From Setoptus koraiensis (lineage: Eukaryota; Animalia; Arthropoda), in assembly GCA_048013815.1 (NCBI GenBank), contig CM106586.1, forward strand, positions 19,902,001-19,966,000: DNA of 64,000 nt. The letters run 5' to 3'. The position numbers and the translations under genes are program-made. Below are positions 9,491 to 24,000 of this stretch, piece after piece. The notes beneath the pieces were generated by a model, which worked only from the letters and a program-made list of their open reading frames with translations, was not told where the DNA came from and did no database searches. Each line of letters begins with the position of its first letter. The first letter of the stretch is position 1.

Positions 9491-12400
9491 TAAATAAACA
9501 AGAATAAAAGTTGTTGCCGTAGTCAAGGCTGACAATTGTTGCTGTTGTTGTTGTGGTAGCTTGGGCGAAATGGGCCAAACCACAACAACAACAACAACAA
9601 CAAGCACCGCTGACGCACGTCGGGCTGACAACAGTTACACAATTGACACACTATCAGCGCTCGCGTAATTAGACACTTGATTTAATTAAACATGCAAATT
9701 GCGACTGTTGGCAATAGTGGCGGCTTTGGTTGGCATGGCGACAACTGATTGACGCGTTCAATTGATGCTGGCTCGCCAATCAACACAATGCAAAATCAAA
9801 AAACATCGTCTAGATCGTCTAGACTAGATGTAGTATGTATTAGATGTAGCATGCGTAACAATCGATCAAATGAATGATGACTGAGCCCACTTTTAATTAA
9901 TACTAATTAATTGATGCTCATTGACGACAATGCAATCTGGCAACAAATCAATCTTCGCATCACGATGTTGAGTGAATTGTCGTCCAGCGACAGCGACACA
10001 CTTACACTTGTTAGTCTCCAACGAGATTACTGATACAAATAACTAGTATCAGTTATTAGTTATTTGTATCAGTAGTATTGGTGGACTGACTTGTGACAAC
10101 ACTATCTCTATAAACACAATCTCGTGTCATGTTGAGGCTAAATGTTTAACAAGTAAGCCCTTACACGCGACCGAATCATGCCTTCGCTTGGTTTGTTTGC
10201 GAACCAGTTACAACAATTACAGTGATACAATTAATTATCACGGCATAATTCATTTCATAATGAGTTATCATGATAAGTTATAATAAATTATAATTAATTA
10301 TAATAACATGTCAGTGGAAATTGGCAACTAAACACACAACGATCGCCCCCGTGTCACTCATTTTGAGCAAGGCGCAAAGGGCAAAAGTAGCAAAATTATC
10401 ACGAGAAGGGCATCAGTTCTCATTTCGCGTATTTTTTGTATTTTTTGTATTTGTTATTTGTGGGTTATTTGTGGGTTATTTGTAGTTGGGGCAATTTTTT
10501 TTCCGACATTTTCAAGGAGCAGCACTCTTTGCTTACTCACTTATAGTTACTTATCGCCATCTTTGTGCTTGGGGAATCATTGTCGTAACAATGAATTGTA
10601 ATTACTAATTAGTAATTATAAGTACTAATAAGTGATATAAGTAACAGTTAGTTGGTGTGCAAATGAGAGCGAGGTTTGTTTGTTTGCTTGGTTTAATTTA
10701 CTGGCTCATTTTTGGCACTTGTAAAAATTTGCTCTTTAGTCAACGAGGCAACGGCAAGTCGCCACGACAGTGCACCCGTACCCGGCGTTACCGTATTATT
10801 ACACACGTCACTGCTGTATTGTACATGTGATACACTGCAGATACGAGCAAATAATCATCAGATATCACACTGTATCAGACGCAATCTGACAATCTTGTGA
10901 GCGATCGTCGCGCACACTGTCAGACGGCTGTCATTGTGCGCCAAACAACCGATTGGAGACAAAAAGTCTGGCAAAGTCTGGCAAAAGTCCGACAAAAGTG
11001 TGCGACAAACGCGCCAACGCACCTTAATTAATTATGTCATGTTGCCTTGATCCATCGTGTGAATTATCCATCGTGTGCCGTTGACACAAGTGTCGATGCT
11101 TGTCCAACGCGAATTGTGTTATGCGATGGACAATGTTGGCCCGACATAAACGCACCATTGGCCGTGTCAGCCTAACATTGTTGGGCGATCGGAGTTGAGC
11201 CCCGAGCAAGCGACCGACCGAGCAAGCGACCGACCGAGCAAGGACCCGACAGTGGCGAGATTGAACTCTGGCTGGCAAATAATGCCAGTTGGCCGGCGTC
11301 GAGTTGACGACCAATCAGATCCAATAAGAGAAAGTCAATCACAGATTAATCAACAAAAAAACACTCACTGGCGATCACTGACGAACAAAGGCCGATAACA
11401 AAGTCTTATGTAATATTTTTTCTTATTTGTACACTATTTGTACACTGTTTGTACACTGTTTGTATTGTCGTACAAATCCTCCTTTGCTGTATGATGTTGC
11501 TCGGCCTGTAACAGGTTGTGTTAGTATGACAAAAACAGATAACTCATGATGCTGGCGCAATGAGCCCGGCAAACATGGCGACAGTTGAATAAACTCGTCA
11601 TCGTCACTTTCTCCGACGGCGGCAAATCCACTCAAATCGTTGGTCAGATCGCTTGTGCAATCTCCAAGGAAGCAGCAGATAAACAAAGAGAGATAACTGA
11701 GTAAACAGCATCGCCTAACAAACCCCATTTCATCTCTGTATTACATCACACAAACATTACATGTAAAGATACTGTGCTTTTATATTAATAATAGTATTAT
11801 TGTATGTTTGCGTCTCGTGATTGCGCAATTGGCAAATCAAGTTATCGCATTATGTAATAATTGCATTATATACATGTGATTGTATTACAATTGTATATCA
11901 ATACGTAATATGTATTACTGATGCTGTCACTGTTGCATTGCGACAGGATAAACGCACACTAATTATCGGTGATTGATTGTATTACATGTAGTTGAGGGGG
12001 CTGCTTGGTGAGATTTGAGCGAGGGATTTGCAAGTCAAACCGGGCAAATTAATTGCCCAGTCCGGCCAAACCGACACCTGAATGCGCAAGCGTAACAGCG
12101 CGCGACAAGCGTGCCTTATCAGCCGACCGCCACAACTGATGGCTCTCAAGTCAGGTGAACCAACAGAAACGAATGATAAAATAAACGATAAACCCGACAA
12201 AACGAGTCAACAATTAGATTATTATTATTATTAGATTAATCACAGATAATTAGCGCCCGACAGATAACTAACTTGTAACTAACTTGTAAGGGCAATTTTG
12301 TTCATTGCTCAATCTGTCGGGTTGTTATCTGTCGGGCACTAATTGATTACCAGTGTTGCACAAATTAATCATCAGTGTCACACTAATTAATTATCAGTTG

Positions 12401-15400
12401 ATTAATTATCAGTTAATTAATTATCAGTTAATTAATTATCAGTGTTACGTGGTACCGGTGCACTGTAAGCAAAACTGACTTGTCAGCTACCATGGCAACG
12501 TAACCGGAACGACAGCTCGCATTGGTTGCGCGAATATTCACTCTGAAATATTAACTCTGGAATCATCACTCTGAAATCGCGCATCCGGTCACGGCTGGCA
12601 ACATTTGGGCCAAGTTTGCAACAGACCCAAGGAGATGCTTACGAGAAAACGGCGTCCACCAAACAAGCACCAGGTTGCATGGGTCAAGCCTTTGAACTTT
12701 GTGCTCGTTTGGTCGGCGATATCTCGTATGCATCTCTTTGGCGACTATGGTCGCGCGTTGTATCATCGCGCGTTGTTGCAAAGCTCGGCAAGGCGCGAAT
12801 TTGGCGAGGACCCGCCAAATTGGGATATATACACTATATTACACTATATTACATAATATCACGTAATCACTTATTAGACGAGGCGACACTGGCAGGCGCA
12901 ACAAGCGTCACAACAACGTGAGACAAGCCAACACACCGTATAACTGTAACTAGCCAGCAACAGCCACCGAGGCATTACGTCAAGCGACAAGCGAGCGATT
13001 GATGAGCAAACAAAATACGACAAAGCATAACGTTTGTTGTTTGCGCGTCAATTGAGTCAATATTGGCCAACAACTTGCCCACTTGACTTGATTAAAAGTG
13101 ATAATTAATTATTGCTGTGCTTGTTGATCACAATGTGCGTTGCATTCAAAAACAATAATTAATTAATGTATTTTATCATTTCATCATTTCATCATTGTGA
13201 CAGTCACCAAGACGCACACACTGTCGGCCAGACTGCGCAGTCCAATAGAGAGGTTCGCCAATTGGCCAATGGGCACTTATTGACACTAACAAATGGACTA
13301 ATTGGCAGTCACCTCTCACTGATGTTGTGTGTAATTAGCTGTTTGAGACACTCACGTTGAGTGGCAATCAAACAGCCAATGCTACTCGTCATTATCATTG
13401 GTGCTATCTAGCCAATGACCGGTTATTACTCGTCTCGCATTGATGTTACTCGTCTCGCATTGATGTCACTCGTCTCACATTGATATTACTCGTCAAATGA
13501 ATTTGATTATCTCACATTATCAGCGAAAATCTCTGCAAGGTTTGCTCCACTTTGTCAACACAAAATAGCCTTGTTAATTAATTAATTAATTAGCAGCATC
13601 TAGATTATTCAACTGAGGCGTCATTGCGATTCCGGTTGCCGGTTGCCAGCGACTGGTTGAACTGACTCATTGACTCGTCGTCGCTCGAGCCAATTCAGTC
13701 AGTGCGAGCGCAATCAGTCGCCTGTGATCAATTGCGATTTATTGTCACTTGTTGTCGTTTGTTGTGATTTGTTGTCATTTGTCGTGATTTGTCGAGATTT
13801 GTTGTGATTTGTCGAGATTTGTTGTGATTTGTTGTGATTTGTTGGCGTAGACGCGCCCCAAAGTGACGCGCAGCGCAACATGAAAAACAACAACAGTCGC
13901 TTGTCATTGGCGCGACAGCCAGTCTAACTGTGTTGCCATTCATCAGCTGAGATTGTCATCAACAATCCAACCAAAACAATCAATCAATCAATCAATAATA
14001 ACCGTTAATAATAAAAGCGACAAACAAGCAAATTAAGTGTGTCAAACGACATGAATATTTGCTACGTCACACGTTGCTCGTCACCATCGTTTGTCGTGGT
14101 TGTGAGCCTTGCCGAGACAACAACAACATGTTGCTCGGTCTACATAAATGTCTCACAAGATATCTATTTTCATTGTAAGAATCTCTTTGTGTTGTTGTTG
14201 TTGTTGCCTTTTGCTGTTGATATTGCGTCGGTTTGTGTCATTGCGTCATGATTTGTGAGGCCATTTGCAGAGTTGTGAGTTTGCAGCCAGTGACAAGACG
14301 GGCAAACGTTTCCATTTCGGTTGTTGTTGACTTTATATGTTTCACATGTATAAAACGATATTAATAGATGACATTTATTTATTCCATCAGGCTCTTGGCA
14401 AATGCAATTCTTGTTGCTGCGTCACAGACACACTCGCCGGCACGAGTCCAATGTCCTCCATTTTGGCAATTGACCTCGCAATTGTCGCAATTGTCGCAAT
14501 TGTGACGATCGCGATTGCCACTAGAGCCGTCCGAGCATTGTAGCCCTAAATGGGCCTCATAATGCATGAGTCATAATGCATGAATATAGTGAAAGAATAC
14601 GTGAATATGTATTAATAAACATCATTTGGTATTTATATCACACATGTTATGTAAATAAATGTAAATTGTATTGACATTATATTTATATTGTGCACATACC
14701 GGCCATGTCAATGTTTGCCGCGCCGGCGCCGCGCCACAAGCCAACAATGGGCCCAGCTTACCTGAATGCTTTCGCTGGTGACCGCTAGCGCTTGACCGCT
14801 CCATTGGGCCAGACGAGAGTGGTCAGCAGAGCAAAATGACGCTGTCATCTGGCCAATGTGTCATGCACACAATGTTATGCACAAGGTTAGCATAATGCTA
14901 GGCAGCAAACAACAACAATCAGGCGAACATTGTGCCATTGAGCATATTGCGTAACAATGCGCTATAGTGCGTAATATTGCGTAATAATGCGGCATGTTGC
15001 ATAATTGCCGCTAAGTGTTGGCCAATGTGCGCTGACCACACCAACACAGACAGACAGACGGACAGACAGTAAATAAAGCACTGTCCACTGTAACTCTTAT
15101 TTTCTATTAATACTCTCTCGCTTGACCGCTACTATTATGCTGACCGGTATCATTACGCTTGACCGGTATTATTTGTGCGCGTAATACCCAGCCGCTCGGA
15201 CAGTGTCAAGCTCGGGCTCGGCCGGTGTCTTGTGCATACGAGACTCTCGTAAGAGAGAGCCATCTCGGCGCTGTCATCTCTGGGCTGCCCATGACAATGG
15301 CCAGTGGCCCAAGAATGCCAACAATGCAGGCCAATTGTGAATCACAATTTGTGAAGGGGGTTATATTGTTCGCGTATTTGCCACAATAATACATTTGTTT

Positions 15401-15932
15401 GTCGTTGCGTCATGTCGTGTCGTTAATAATGGCATTTAGTGGGACAGCAAGCATGCAAATAAACTTTGCATATGCTGCCATTGACACTGCACCGCTATTT
15501 ATGTACCGTGTATCGTTTAATATACTGACGTAATATACTGACGTAATATACAGTACAGTATGCAGTGTTACGTAACGTATTAGTGGCATTAGTGGCAGTC
15601 GGTATGCAGCACAAGTGATTGCGGAGCGGTCATCCATTGACATTGTGCTGTATTTGCTGTATTTCATTTCACTATTTTATCACTATTTCACTACTGCCCA
15701 CTGGCATGTCTATTGAATGCTAAGGTCCCAAGAAATGCGTGCCCCCGCCGATGCGATGTGACGGCCGACAGCAGAAACTGGAGCAATCGAGAGTTTATTT
15801 GTAACATTGTTATCGTCCATTCAGTATGCAGTTAATGCGAGCAAACGGTCACTCGATGGCCGACAGGCGCGACGAGCGCAACAAAACCGCCAGCCGACGA
15901 GCATCATAAACCAACAAACAAAGTACCTTCGA

Positions 15933-16002
15933 CGTCTTGGCAGTGTCGTCTTGGCAGTGTCGTCTTGGCAGTGTCGTCTTGGCAGTATCGTCTTGGCAGT
16001 AT
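15933..16002 (+). repeat. 14-bp tandem repeat (CGTCTTGGCAGTRT) x5
   Basis: Read directly. Confidence 0.95.
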
Positions 16003-16983
16003 CGTGTGAGTTGTAGGCAACTCAGGTATCAAGGTCACAGCGATGCTCATTGTCATTGGCACGCTCAATTGGCTTGGCATTGCATAATTGACGCTTGCTA
16101 AAACGATTTGCAGCAAAACGGCTCACGGCATTGAGGCTAGCCGCTCCGTTGGTCAGTTGCTGCGGCCGGCCACTGTTGCATGCCGGCGGCAGCATCGCAT
16201 CGTTTCTTGTGTGGCTCGTTGGCAGCTCAGGCGAGTCTCAGTGAGAGCGTCTGGGCGAGTTGGTTGGTCTTGGCGAGACAAGGTTGTTAGTGGGCTCACT
16301 AATGGGCCGTTAATAGTGCCAATAGCCAATAATGCCAATGATGGTGACACACACGATCGACGAGCCGGCTCCAACCGCGAGAGCCGGCGTGTCAGTTGTC
16401 GTGACAGCCGGCCGGCCGACAGTGTGCCAAGTCCATTAGCGGACACACTGTCCAGCGGACACACTGTCCAGTGGACACAAGAGCGCGGATAAAAAATGAG
16501 AGTGTTTAGCAGCGCTAATCGTTCGCCCGACACCTCTCACCTGTCCCACCGGCACACTGTCCGACCGCCACAGTGTGACCGCCAAAGTCCGACCGGCACA
16601 GTGTGACGTAATGGCTGACATTATGTCAGTGACATAGATCTGACATGCATCTAACTGACCCATGCTGCAATTCTTTCTCTGTAATCTGTTGGTAGGCGCA
16701 TGAAAAACGTTTGCAACCTGTGCGAACTCGGACGCTCGCCAGCGGCCTCCTCTGTTTGGCTGCGCCTCTCTGTTCGGCCAGAGGCACAGCGAACAGTGTT
16801 CTTTTTGGCGAACTGTGTGCACAGCCGGCCAAAACAACAAGCCGGCCAAAAAGAAGCGTCCAGTCGGCTCGATTCGCACTGGCCGCGCCAGGCCGTCGCT
16901 ACCTGTTGCGAGCCGTTGCGAGCCGTTGCGAGCTGTCGACCGATCTGCTCACCTGGACACAGGCCGGCCGGCGCTAACTGGCC

Positions 16984-17058
16984 AGCAAACTGGACGCAAA
17001 CTGGCCAGCAAACTGGACGCAAACTGGACGCAAACTGAACGCAAACTGGCCAGCGCAA
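16984..17058 (+). repeat. Degenerate 11-bp tandem repeat (GCAAACTGGAC)
   Basis: Read directly. Confidence 0.85.
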
Positions 17059-18720
17059 AGTGGACACAAAGTGGACAGTCCCAATGGCTGCACATGAGGC
17101 ACAATAATACTAGGCACCTGTACAATAATAAAGAGGCATGCTGTAATTGGCAGTGGCAGATGCTAATTACTTGATGTGCTCACTGGTCACGTCAACTGGA
17201 CGCATCGTCATCGTTTAACAATTAACAATTCTCATGCCATTGAGCAGTTTCGTTTGGCCGACATGGCCAAGTGGCATGCTGTTGTTGTTGCTGTTGTTGT
17301 TGTTGTCACTTGTTAGTGCCAGCCACTTGTTGATCGCTTTGCAATCGCTTGTCGCTGGACAGCGCATGTGGCCGCACTTGTCAGATCATCTGATCATCAG
17401 ATGGCTCCGTTTCCAGCGGCCGCTCCCATGCGCCACTGGACGCAATCAGACGCAATCAGACGCAATCGCATCAAACGAAACTTTTAATTATGATATCGAT
17501 GACACATATTACACAACAGCGTCGCATGTTGCGCAACAGCATCACCCGTCAAGAGTGTGTGAACAGAGCGATCTTGTCGCTATGACTCATAGTCTATGAC
17601 TCATAGTCTATGAGTAATTATCGGCGCCCATCAATGGCCGCTGTCGGTGCTCGATGGCGAGGGCGCTCAACTAACTAGCCAATCGGACACTTGTGAGCCC
17701 ATCGGCGAGCTTGTTGTCATCACTGTCACTGTAGCAGCTGACTCACCTGATGCGGCTGTCAGATGGCTGTCAGATGTCGTCCAGCACCGCTAGCCCAACA
17801 CTGCAGCCTGGCACTGCTAGCCTAAGACCGCTAGGCTAGCAGTAGTCAGCTGACAGCCGTCATCTGTCAGCGTGTTGTCGTTGTTGTCGCTGTTGTCGTT
17901 GTTGTCGCTGTCGTTAGTGTTACAAAGTTCATATTGCGACAACGACAGTTGCGTCATGTAGTGGCAGTAACGTAATAATAGTTTCTAATTGCATCCATGT
18001 CCATGTAGAGATTACCCAATGGCTTACAACAAATCAGCTACCTAACACATGGAGCTGTCAGAATGGGCGATAATTGATGTGGCCACTATTGGCTAGATTG
18101 TTATTTAGTAGTGATGCGGCCAGTGCAAAATTGTATTGATTGAATCTACTGTCCGTCTGTCTGCATTGTATTGTTTGCCCGCTCGTCAATTGTGATGCGC
18201 TAATCAATTGCTGCAAACAACAATCAATTGCGCCAACACAGACACCTGTTGCCTCTACAAATTAATACTAACGAACATGCTGCAAGATCAAATAAAAGAT
18301 CAAGTAACCCTGTCACACACACACACACACACACAGTTGCTGCCATTGAGAGTTCAAAGTTTGAACGGACGGACACAACGGGCCGCTCATGGTTCACCTG
18401 TCCACGATTAACGGTATTCGAGCCGTGCCTGGCGCAACAATCATTCAATCTGTTGCAGTATAAATAAATACTGGCAATATAAATAAATGTATGTGACTGG
18501 CTGGCGTCGCTGCCCCCTCGACGGGCCTCGTGACTCGGCGCGAATCATTTGTCATTTTCAGTGGTCGGCTGTTGTTACAGCACAAGTGACCGCATGACGC
18601 AACAACAGTGGCAGCAACAACGGCAACAACAACAACAACAACAGCAACAGCAACAACAGCAACAACAACAGCGCCCAGCGAGTAACGGCACAGGTGAACA
18701 GTGGGGGCAGCGGCAAAAAG

Positions 18721-18882
18721 TCAACTTGACTCGGCATCGTTGAACCCGATCGACACACACACACAAACAGAAATGTTACGTAACTTGTGAGCTGTCGTAC
18801 ACCCAAGGATGACCACCACTTGTTGCCAGTTGTCGTGCTTGCCGCTAGCGACACATGCAGCTCGCACGCCGCCGTTGTTGCC

Positions 18883-18913
<31 letters not shown>

Positions 18914-19227
18914 CCGTTGTTGTTGTTGTTGCCGTTGTTGTTGTCGTTGCTGTTGTTGTCAGATGGGCTCGTTGTTGGCGCCACCTCGAACCACTTCTCA
19001 CCCACAAGCTCACAATCAGTTAGCTGGCCGGACCGGCCAAGCGGCCAGCTAAGTGATTGTGGCCGGCGTTTGTTGGCCTGCCGTTCATAGCTCACGTCGT
19101 GGGCGTGAGGAACACTCCTGTGGCGCACTCCTGAAGAAGAATTCTTTTTTGTCAAGCTAGCCGGCGCAGCAGTGTCGCAGTGATACGACAAGTGTCTCAC
19201 CTGTGCAGCCATTGGCAGTTTGGTCAT
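18721..19227 (-). CDS. Candidate coding exon of an unidentified gene (MTKLPMAAQ..., Asn-rich)
   Basis: True ATG (CAACATGA), 168 open codons with mixed composition before the poly-N tract. No family motif recognised. Confidence 0.3.
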
Positions 19228-20672
19228 GTTGCTCTTGTTTGCTCACACATACATACTGCGGTGTCCTCACATTTGAGAACCGCTTGCCACTTGCAAACAA
19301 TCTTGACGTCGTTCGTTCAAAAGTTTCTCAGCCAGCGAACCTTTGAATAAATAATCTGCTTAAATCGAGCCAGCCAGCCAGCCAGCCAGCCAGCCAGTGA
19401 GCCAGCCAGAACTAATCGGATAGTGTGCCCCATTGAGCGACATTGAGTCACATCGACGATATACATCCGACCGACAGTCGCAAAGAGTGGCCAGCAAATA
19501 GAATCAAATCCGCAGTGGTAACTAATAGGCCAGACAACGTCACGATCACAGCACAACACAAACAAATTTTCTTGTCTATCCACTGTTGAAGCGGCCAGTT
19601 TTGTTACGTAATTGAGCGCCGACAACAACGTCACGTTTTCCGTTACCACTGGCGTCGCAGCAACAAGTGCATCATCAGCAGCGACAGCACCGACAACAAC
19701 GACACCGACAACAACGACACCGACAACAACGACAACGACAACGACAAAGTTTTTCATTGTTGTCATTGCGCCAAAAGCGTTATCGGCGTCGCTCCAGTTT
19801 ATTCAAGTTTATCGTTCGCGCATCTTGTTTATCGAACACACACACACACACTGACCTTGGTTTGTGACAGAAGTAGCAACAGGTGAACAGGTAGCACCGA
19901 GACAGGTGCGGAGGGGTTCGCAGCGGAGAAAAGTGACCAACAGCGACTGCACACAGCATTGCCGATCCACACATGAATATCGGCAGCAGCAACAGCAACA
20001 ACAGACGGCGACACAGGTGAATCAAATGGAAATATTAGTTGTGTGTATGTAGTTAGTTACATGAGCTGCGCCGAGATGAAACTACAAACAATATTATTTA
20101 CAATTTATTAGTATCATACTAGCAATAAAACGGCAACTGAACAGAGCGGCAGCAGCAACGGAATAAAACGGATGATTGAGTGAGCTAAGAGTGAGCACAT
20201 CCGGAACTCGATCAGTGTTGTTTATTTGGCAATAGCAGCGACAATTGTCGACAATCAATTCACAAACTGGCCACCGGCAGACACTGGCTGACATCGTCAT
20301 TTGTGTAGCCATTGTCTTTGCGTCTTGGCCGAGACTTACCGTCACCAGAAACAGCAACAACATCATCAACAACAACATCATCAGCAACAACAACAACAAC
20401 TACAACGGCAACGACAGCAACAACGACAACAGCAACAACGACAACAACGACAGCAACAACGACAACAACGACAGCAACAGCAACAGCAACAAAGAGATAA
20501 TCGGGCTCTAGTGACAACAAGGTCAACGACAGCGTCCGACGACAACAGGCTGTCATTGTGTGCCGTTGGTGTATCACTCACTTAACCAACACAGACGCCA
20601 GACACATTACGTCAGATTGAGCAGCAATTGGCCATAGACAATCAATCATTATGTAATGAACGCTCTGCTGAC

Positions 20673-20724
<52 letters not shown>

Positions 20725-21052
20725 CTCTGTGACGCAATCGTCTGACAGCCGCTCGGCCGACCGACCAAGCCAGCTGACGACAAGGAATCGCCGAGCCAGC
20801 TGACAACCGCTGACAGCGCAAATTTTCCACCAGAAATAGACACACACACACACACACAGCTTATCTAGCCATTGACAGCATATTATCACACACACAAACA
20901 GCGGATTATTGCGGCAACTAGCGGCTACCGAGAGCAAATTATGCAATCGCCGAGAGCGAGTTGTCACGAGCCGATCAACAGCAACAAGTGCCACTGAACT
21001 GTATTTATATCACCTGTAATCACCTGTAATTGTGCCGTTTGCGAGCGCGAGT

Positions 21053-24000
21053 ATGTGCACAATCGCGTGCTCGTTCCATAAATCGGTCGCGTCAGTGAGC
21101 CAATCAAGCTCGGTCAGCCACCACCATAAACTATACAAACAAACCACGATGCCGCGACACCGCAAACCGGCCCGCTCGTGCCCGTACAACGGTCGCGATG
21201 TTTCGCCCAACAACTCACCTAACAACTCACCTAACAACTCATCAAACGACTCATCAAACAACTCATTAAATAATTCATTAAGTAATTCATTAAATAATTC
21301 ATTGAATAGCCCGTCAAGTGACTCATTGAATCAACCAAACAAACCGTTGAATGCCCCATTGTCAAATAACAATAATAATTGGCTAATAACGCAACTACTC
21401 ACATGCTTGCTACTAGTTAGTGTTTGTAACTGTCGCCAGGCTCTCTGCACGGGCTACAATCCGTCGTCGGGCGGGCCCCTCAGAGATGCCGTGAGCGAGC
21501 CGCGAGAATCCGACGTCAGCATAACAAAGGTCGATTACGGCAACAGGTCGTCGAGCTCGGCGCTTGCCGACCAGGCCGCCAGGGATATTTACAAGAGCTC
21601 CTACTACGACAACGCCATCAATGTCACCAGCGGCAACAGTGCAAGCGGCGCCCACCAGTCGCCGCCAACCAATTCGTCGGCCCCAACCGGGCACCAAATG
21701 TCGATGAAAAAGAACGACAAGTTTCTCTACGACCCGGCCAGCTCCTTCGACCAGGCCGTCGGTCACTATTCGAGCGACGCCTCACTGGCGGCCGGCCCGA
21801 TGTCGGCCGGCTCAGTGGCGGCCGGCCCGACCGTCGCCAGCGGCATGGGCAGCTCATTGGGCGAGCCGGATCAATACAATCATTACAACATGAACAGCAC
21901 CAATAAGTCGCCCATGGGCACGGCGCTGCAACTGGCGCACAACAATGCGACGACCTACGACGACGACAAGCGATATTATTACCACTACCAACAACCAAAT
22001 CAGATTGTCATCAGCTACGATCACTCTAGCCTGTTCCCGTCGGCACCCGCACCCGCGCCCGTGTCCGTGGTGGTGCAGCCCCCCGCAGCGAACGCGGCGC
22101 CACCGCAGCCGTTCCAGCTGGAAGTGAGCGACGGCGGTCACACGCGGCGCAACTGGACCAAGGACGAGATTGAGGCCATCAGACAGCGGCAACAACAATT
22201 AGACAGCCCGATGGGCGGCGGCGCCAACGAGACCGGAAACGCGTCGTCGTCGTCGTTGTTGGCGCCAGACCCGACGTCGACCGATTCGTCGGGCGCGCCG
22301 CCCGAGCCCGCCCCCACGCCCGACCTGCACTACTATGCGGCGGATGGCGGCGGGTTGTCGCCGTTTGTTGGACAGCAGCAGCAGCAGCAATTGTTTCAGC
22401 ATTACACAACTTCGCAGCCAGATATACCGTTATTGCCAAATCAGCGCTTTATTACGTCATCGTCAAGCTCGTTGAATGGCTCATCGAATGACACTAGATG
22501 GCACACGAGCATTAACAGCGCCACCGCTGCCAAAAAGCCCAAACCTCCGCCCTATCTGGCAATTGTGAATAGGAAAACCGGAAGTGACCAGGCTCTCGTG
22601 GGGCCCTTCGAAACAATGGACGCAAGCGGTTACTGGCCGAACGCGTCGCAAACGTACGCGCATGCAGACAGTAACGGGTTCAGTGAGTACGGGCCGGATA
22701 AGTCGCAGCCCAAGACGAGGAAGCGCAAGAAGGGCAACCCAAAAACGACCATCGTCATCAAGTCGGCCGACTCGCCGCTGGGCCCCAATGCCACCGGGCC
22801 GGCCAACCAGCAATTTGGCGGCAGTCAGCACACTCTCATAGACACGGCGGACAGTTACTCTGATTACCAGTACCCGACCACGCTGATACAATTGCACAAC
22901 GGCACCATGCCCGGCGGAGCGCACCACATATTGCCGCAACAGGTGATCACGGCGGGCCTGACATTTGCGCCCAGCACGCCATCTACTGGGGCGGCGGCGA
23001 AAAGGCGCCGTCGCAAACCGGTGCATCAGCACGCCGGCAAGCCAACGATTTCCGGTCATTTCGCAAGCGGTCACCATGACAGCAGCAGCAGCAGCAGTAG
23101 TGTCAGGCAACCGTATCTGGATCTGATAGGAATAGGCAATCAACTGACCAGCAACAACAGCGCCCCTAGTGCGCACCATCATGCGATCACTTACGACGAC
23201 CAGGCGTCGGACGGCGGCCCGGACAATCAAGCGTTCACCCCATTATCCGCACAACACCACAACCATGGCTTGGACAAAACCGGAAGTGGCACTAGCAACA
23301 CCTACGCCGTCGTACAGAGAATACAGGGCGCCCAGAACCAGACCGGCCCGTCGCCGCCGTTCAATCACCACAGCGGCTTTCCCGTGGCCAGTCCGCCGCT
23401 CACCACGACCCCGTCGTCGCCGTACCCGCTGCAAACTGTGCTGCCGCCGGACCAAAATTACCCGCCCACCGCGGCCAGTAACGTGTCGGCCGTCATGCTG
23501 AATCACACCTCGGGCCAGCTGACGCCGCTGGCGACCTCTACCTCCAAGGGCCAGACGACCATCATAATCAGAGCGGTCAACAACAACAATCACCACCACA
23601 ACCACAATGCCTCAAACTATCAGCAATATCCGCACCGCCAGCAGTCGTTTGTGCGCAATCCGCCCTATCAGCCCAAGCTGAGCACCACCACCCGCAGACC
23701 GCCGCCCACTACCCTGGCTTCGGGCGAGCCGGCGCCCACTTCCGGTTCGTCGGACAACTCAACGCTGACGGACGGCTATACGAACAGCAAGCCGGCAAAT
23801 AGGCCGCTCAGCTTGCAGCAGCAACAATTTGACTCGTCGTCGCTCATCAAAAACAAGCTCAACGAGTACGTTTTCGGGCGACTGTTCAATCAGCAGCATC
23901 CGGCCTCGTCCATAAAATCCGCCCCGTATCCGACCAGCACGACAGTGGCGCCCTCGTACCAGCATCAGCAGCAGGCGAACAGCAGCCAGAACAGTAGTGA

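Noticed and set aside
11095-11135. miR-219-like sequence in a short hairpin
   Set aside because: The seed does not match (GATTGTC absent) and the stem is too short for a pre-miRNA.
14379-14567. EGF-like CEVNCQNGGHWTRAGECVC in a minus-strand ORF
   Set aside because: The third Cys is Trp, the terminal GxxC is missing, and the preceding Cys come from a 9-nt repeat.
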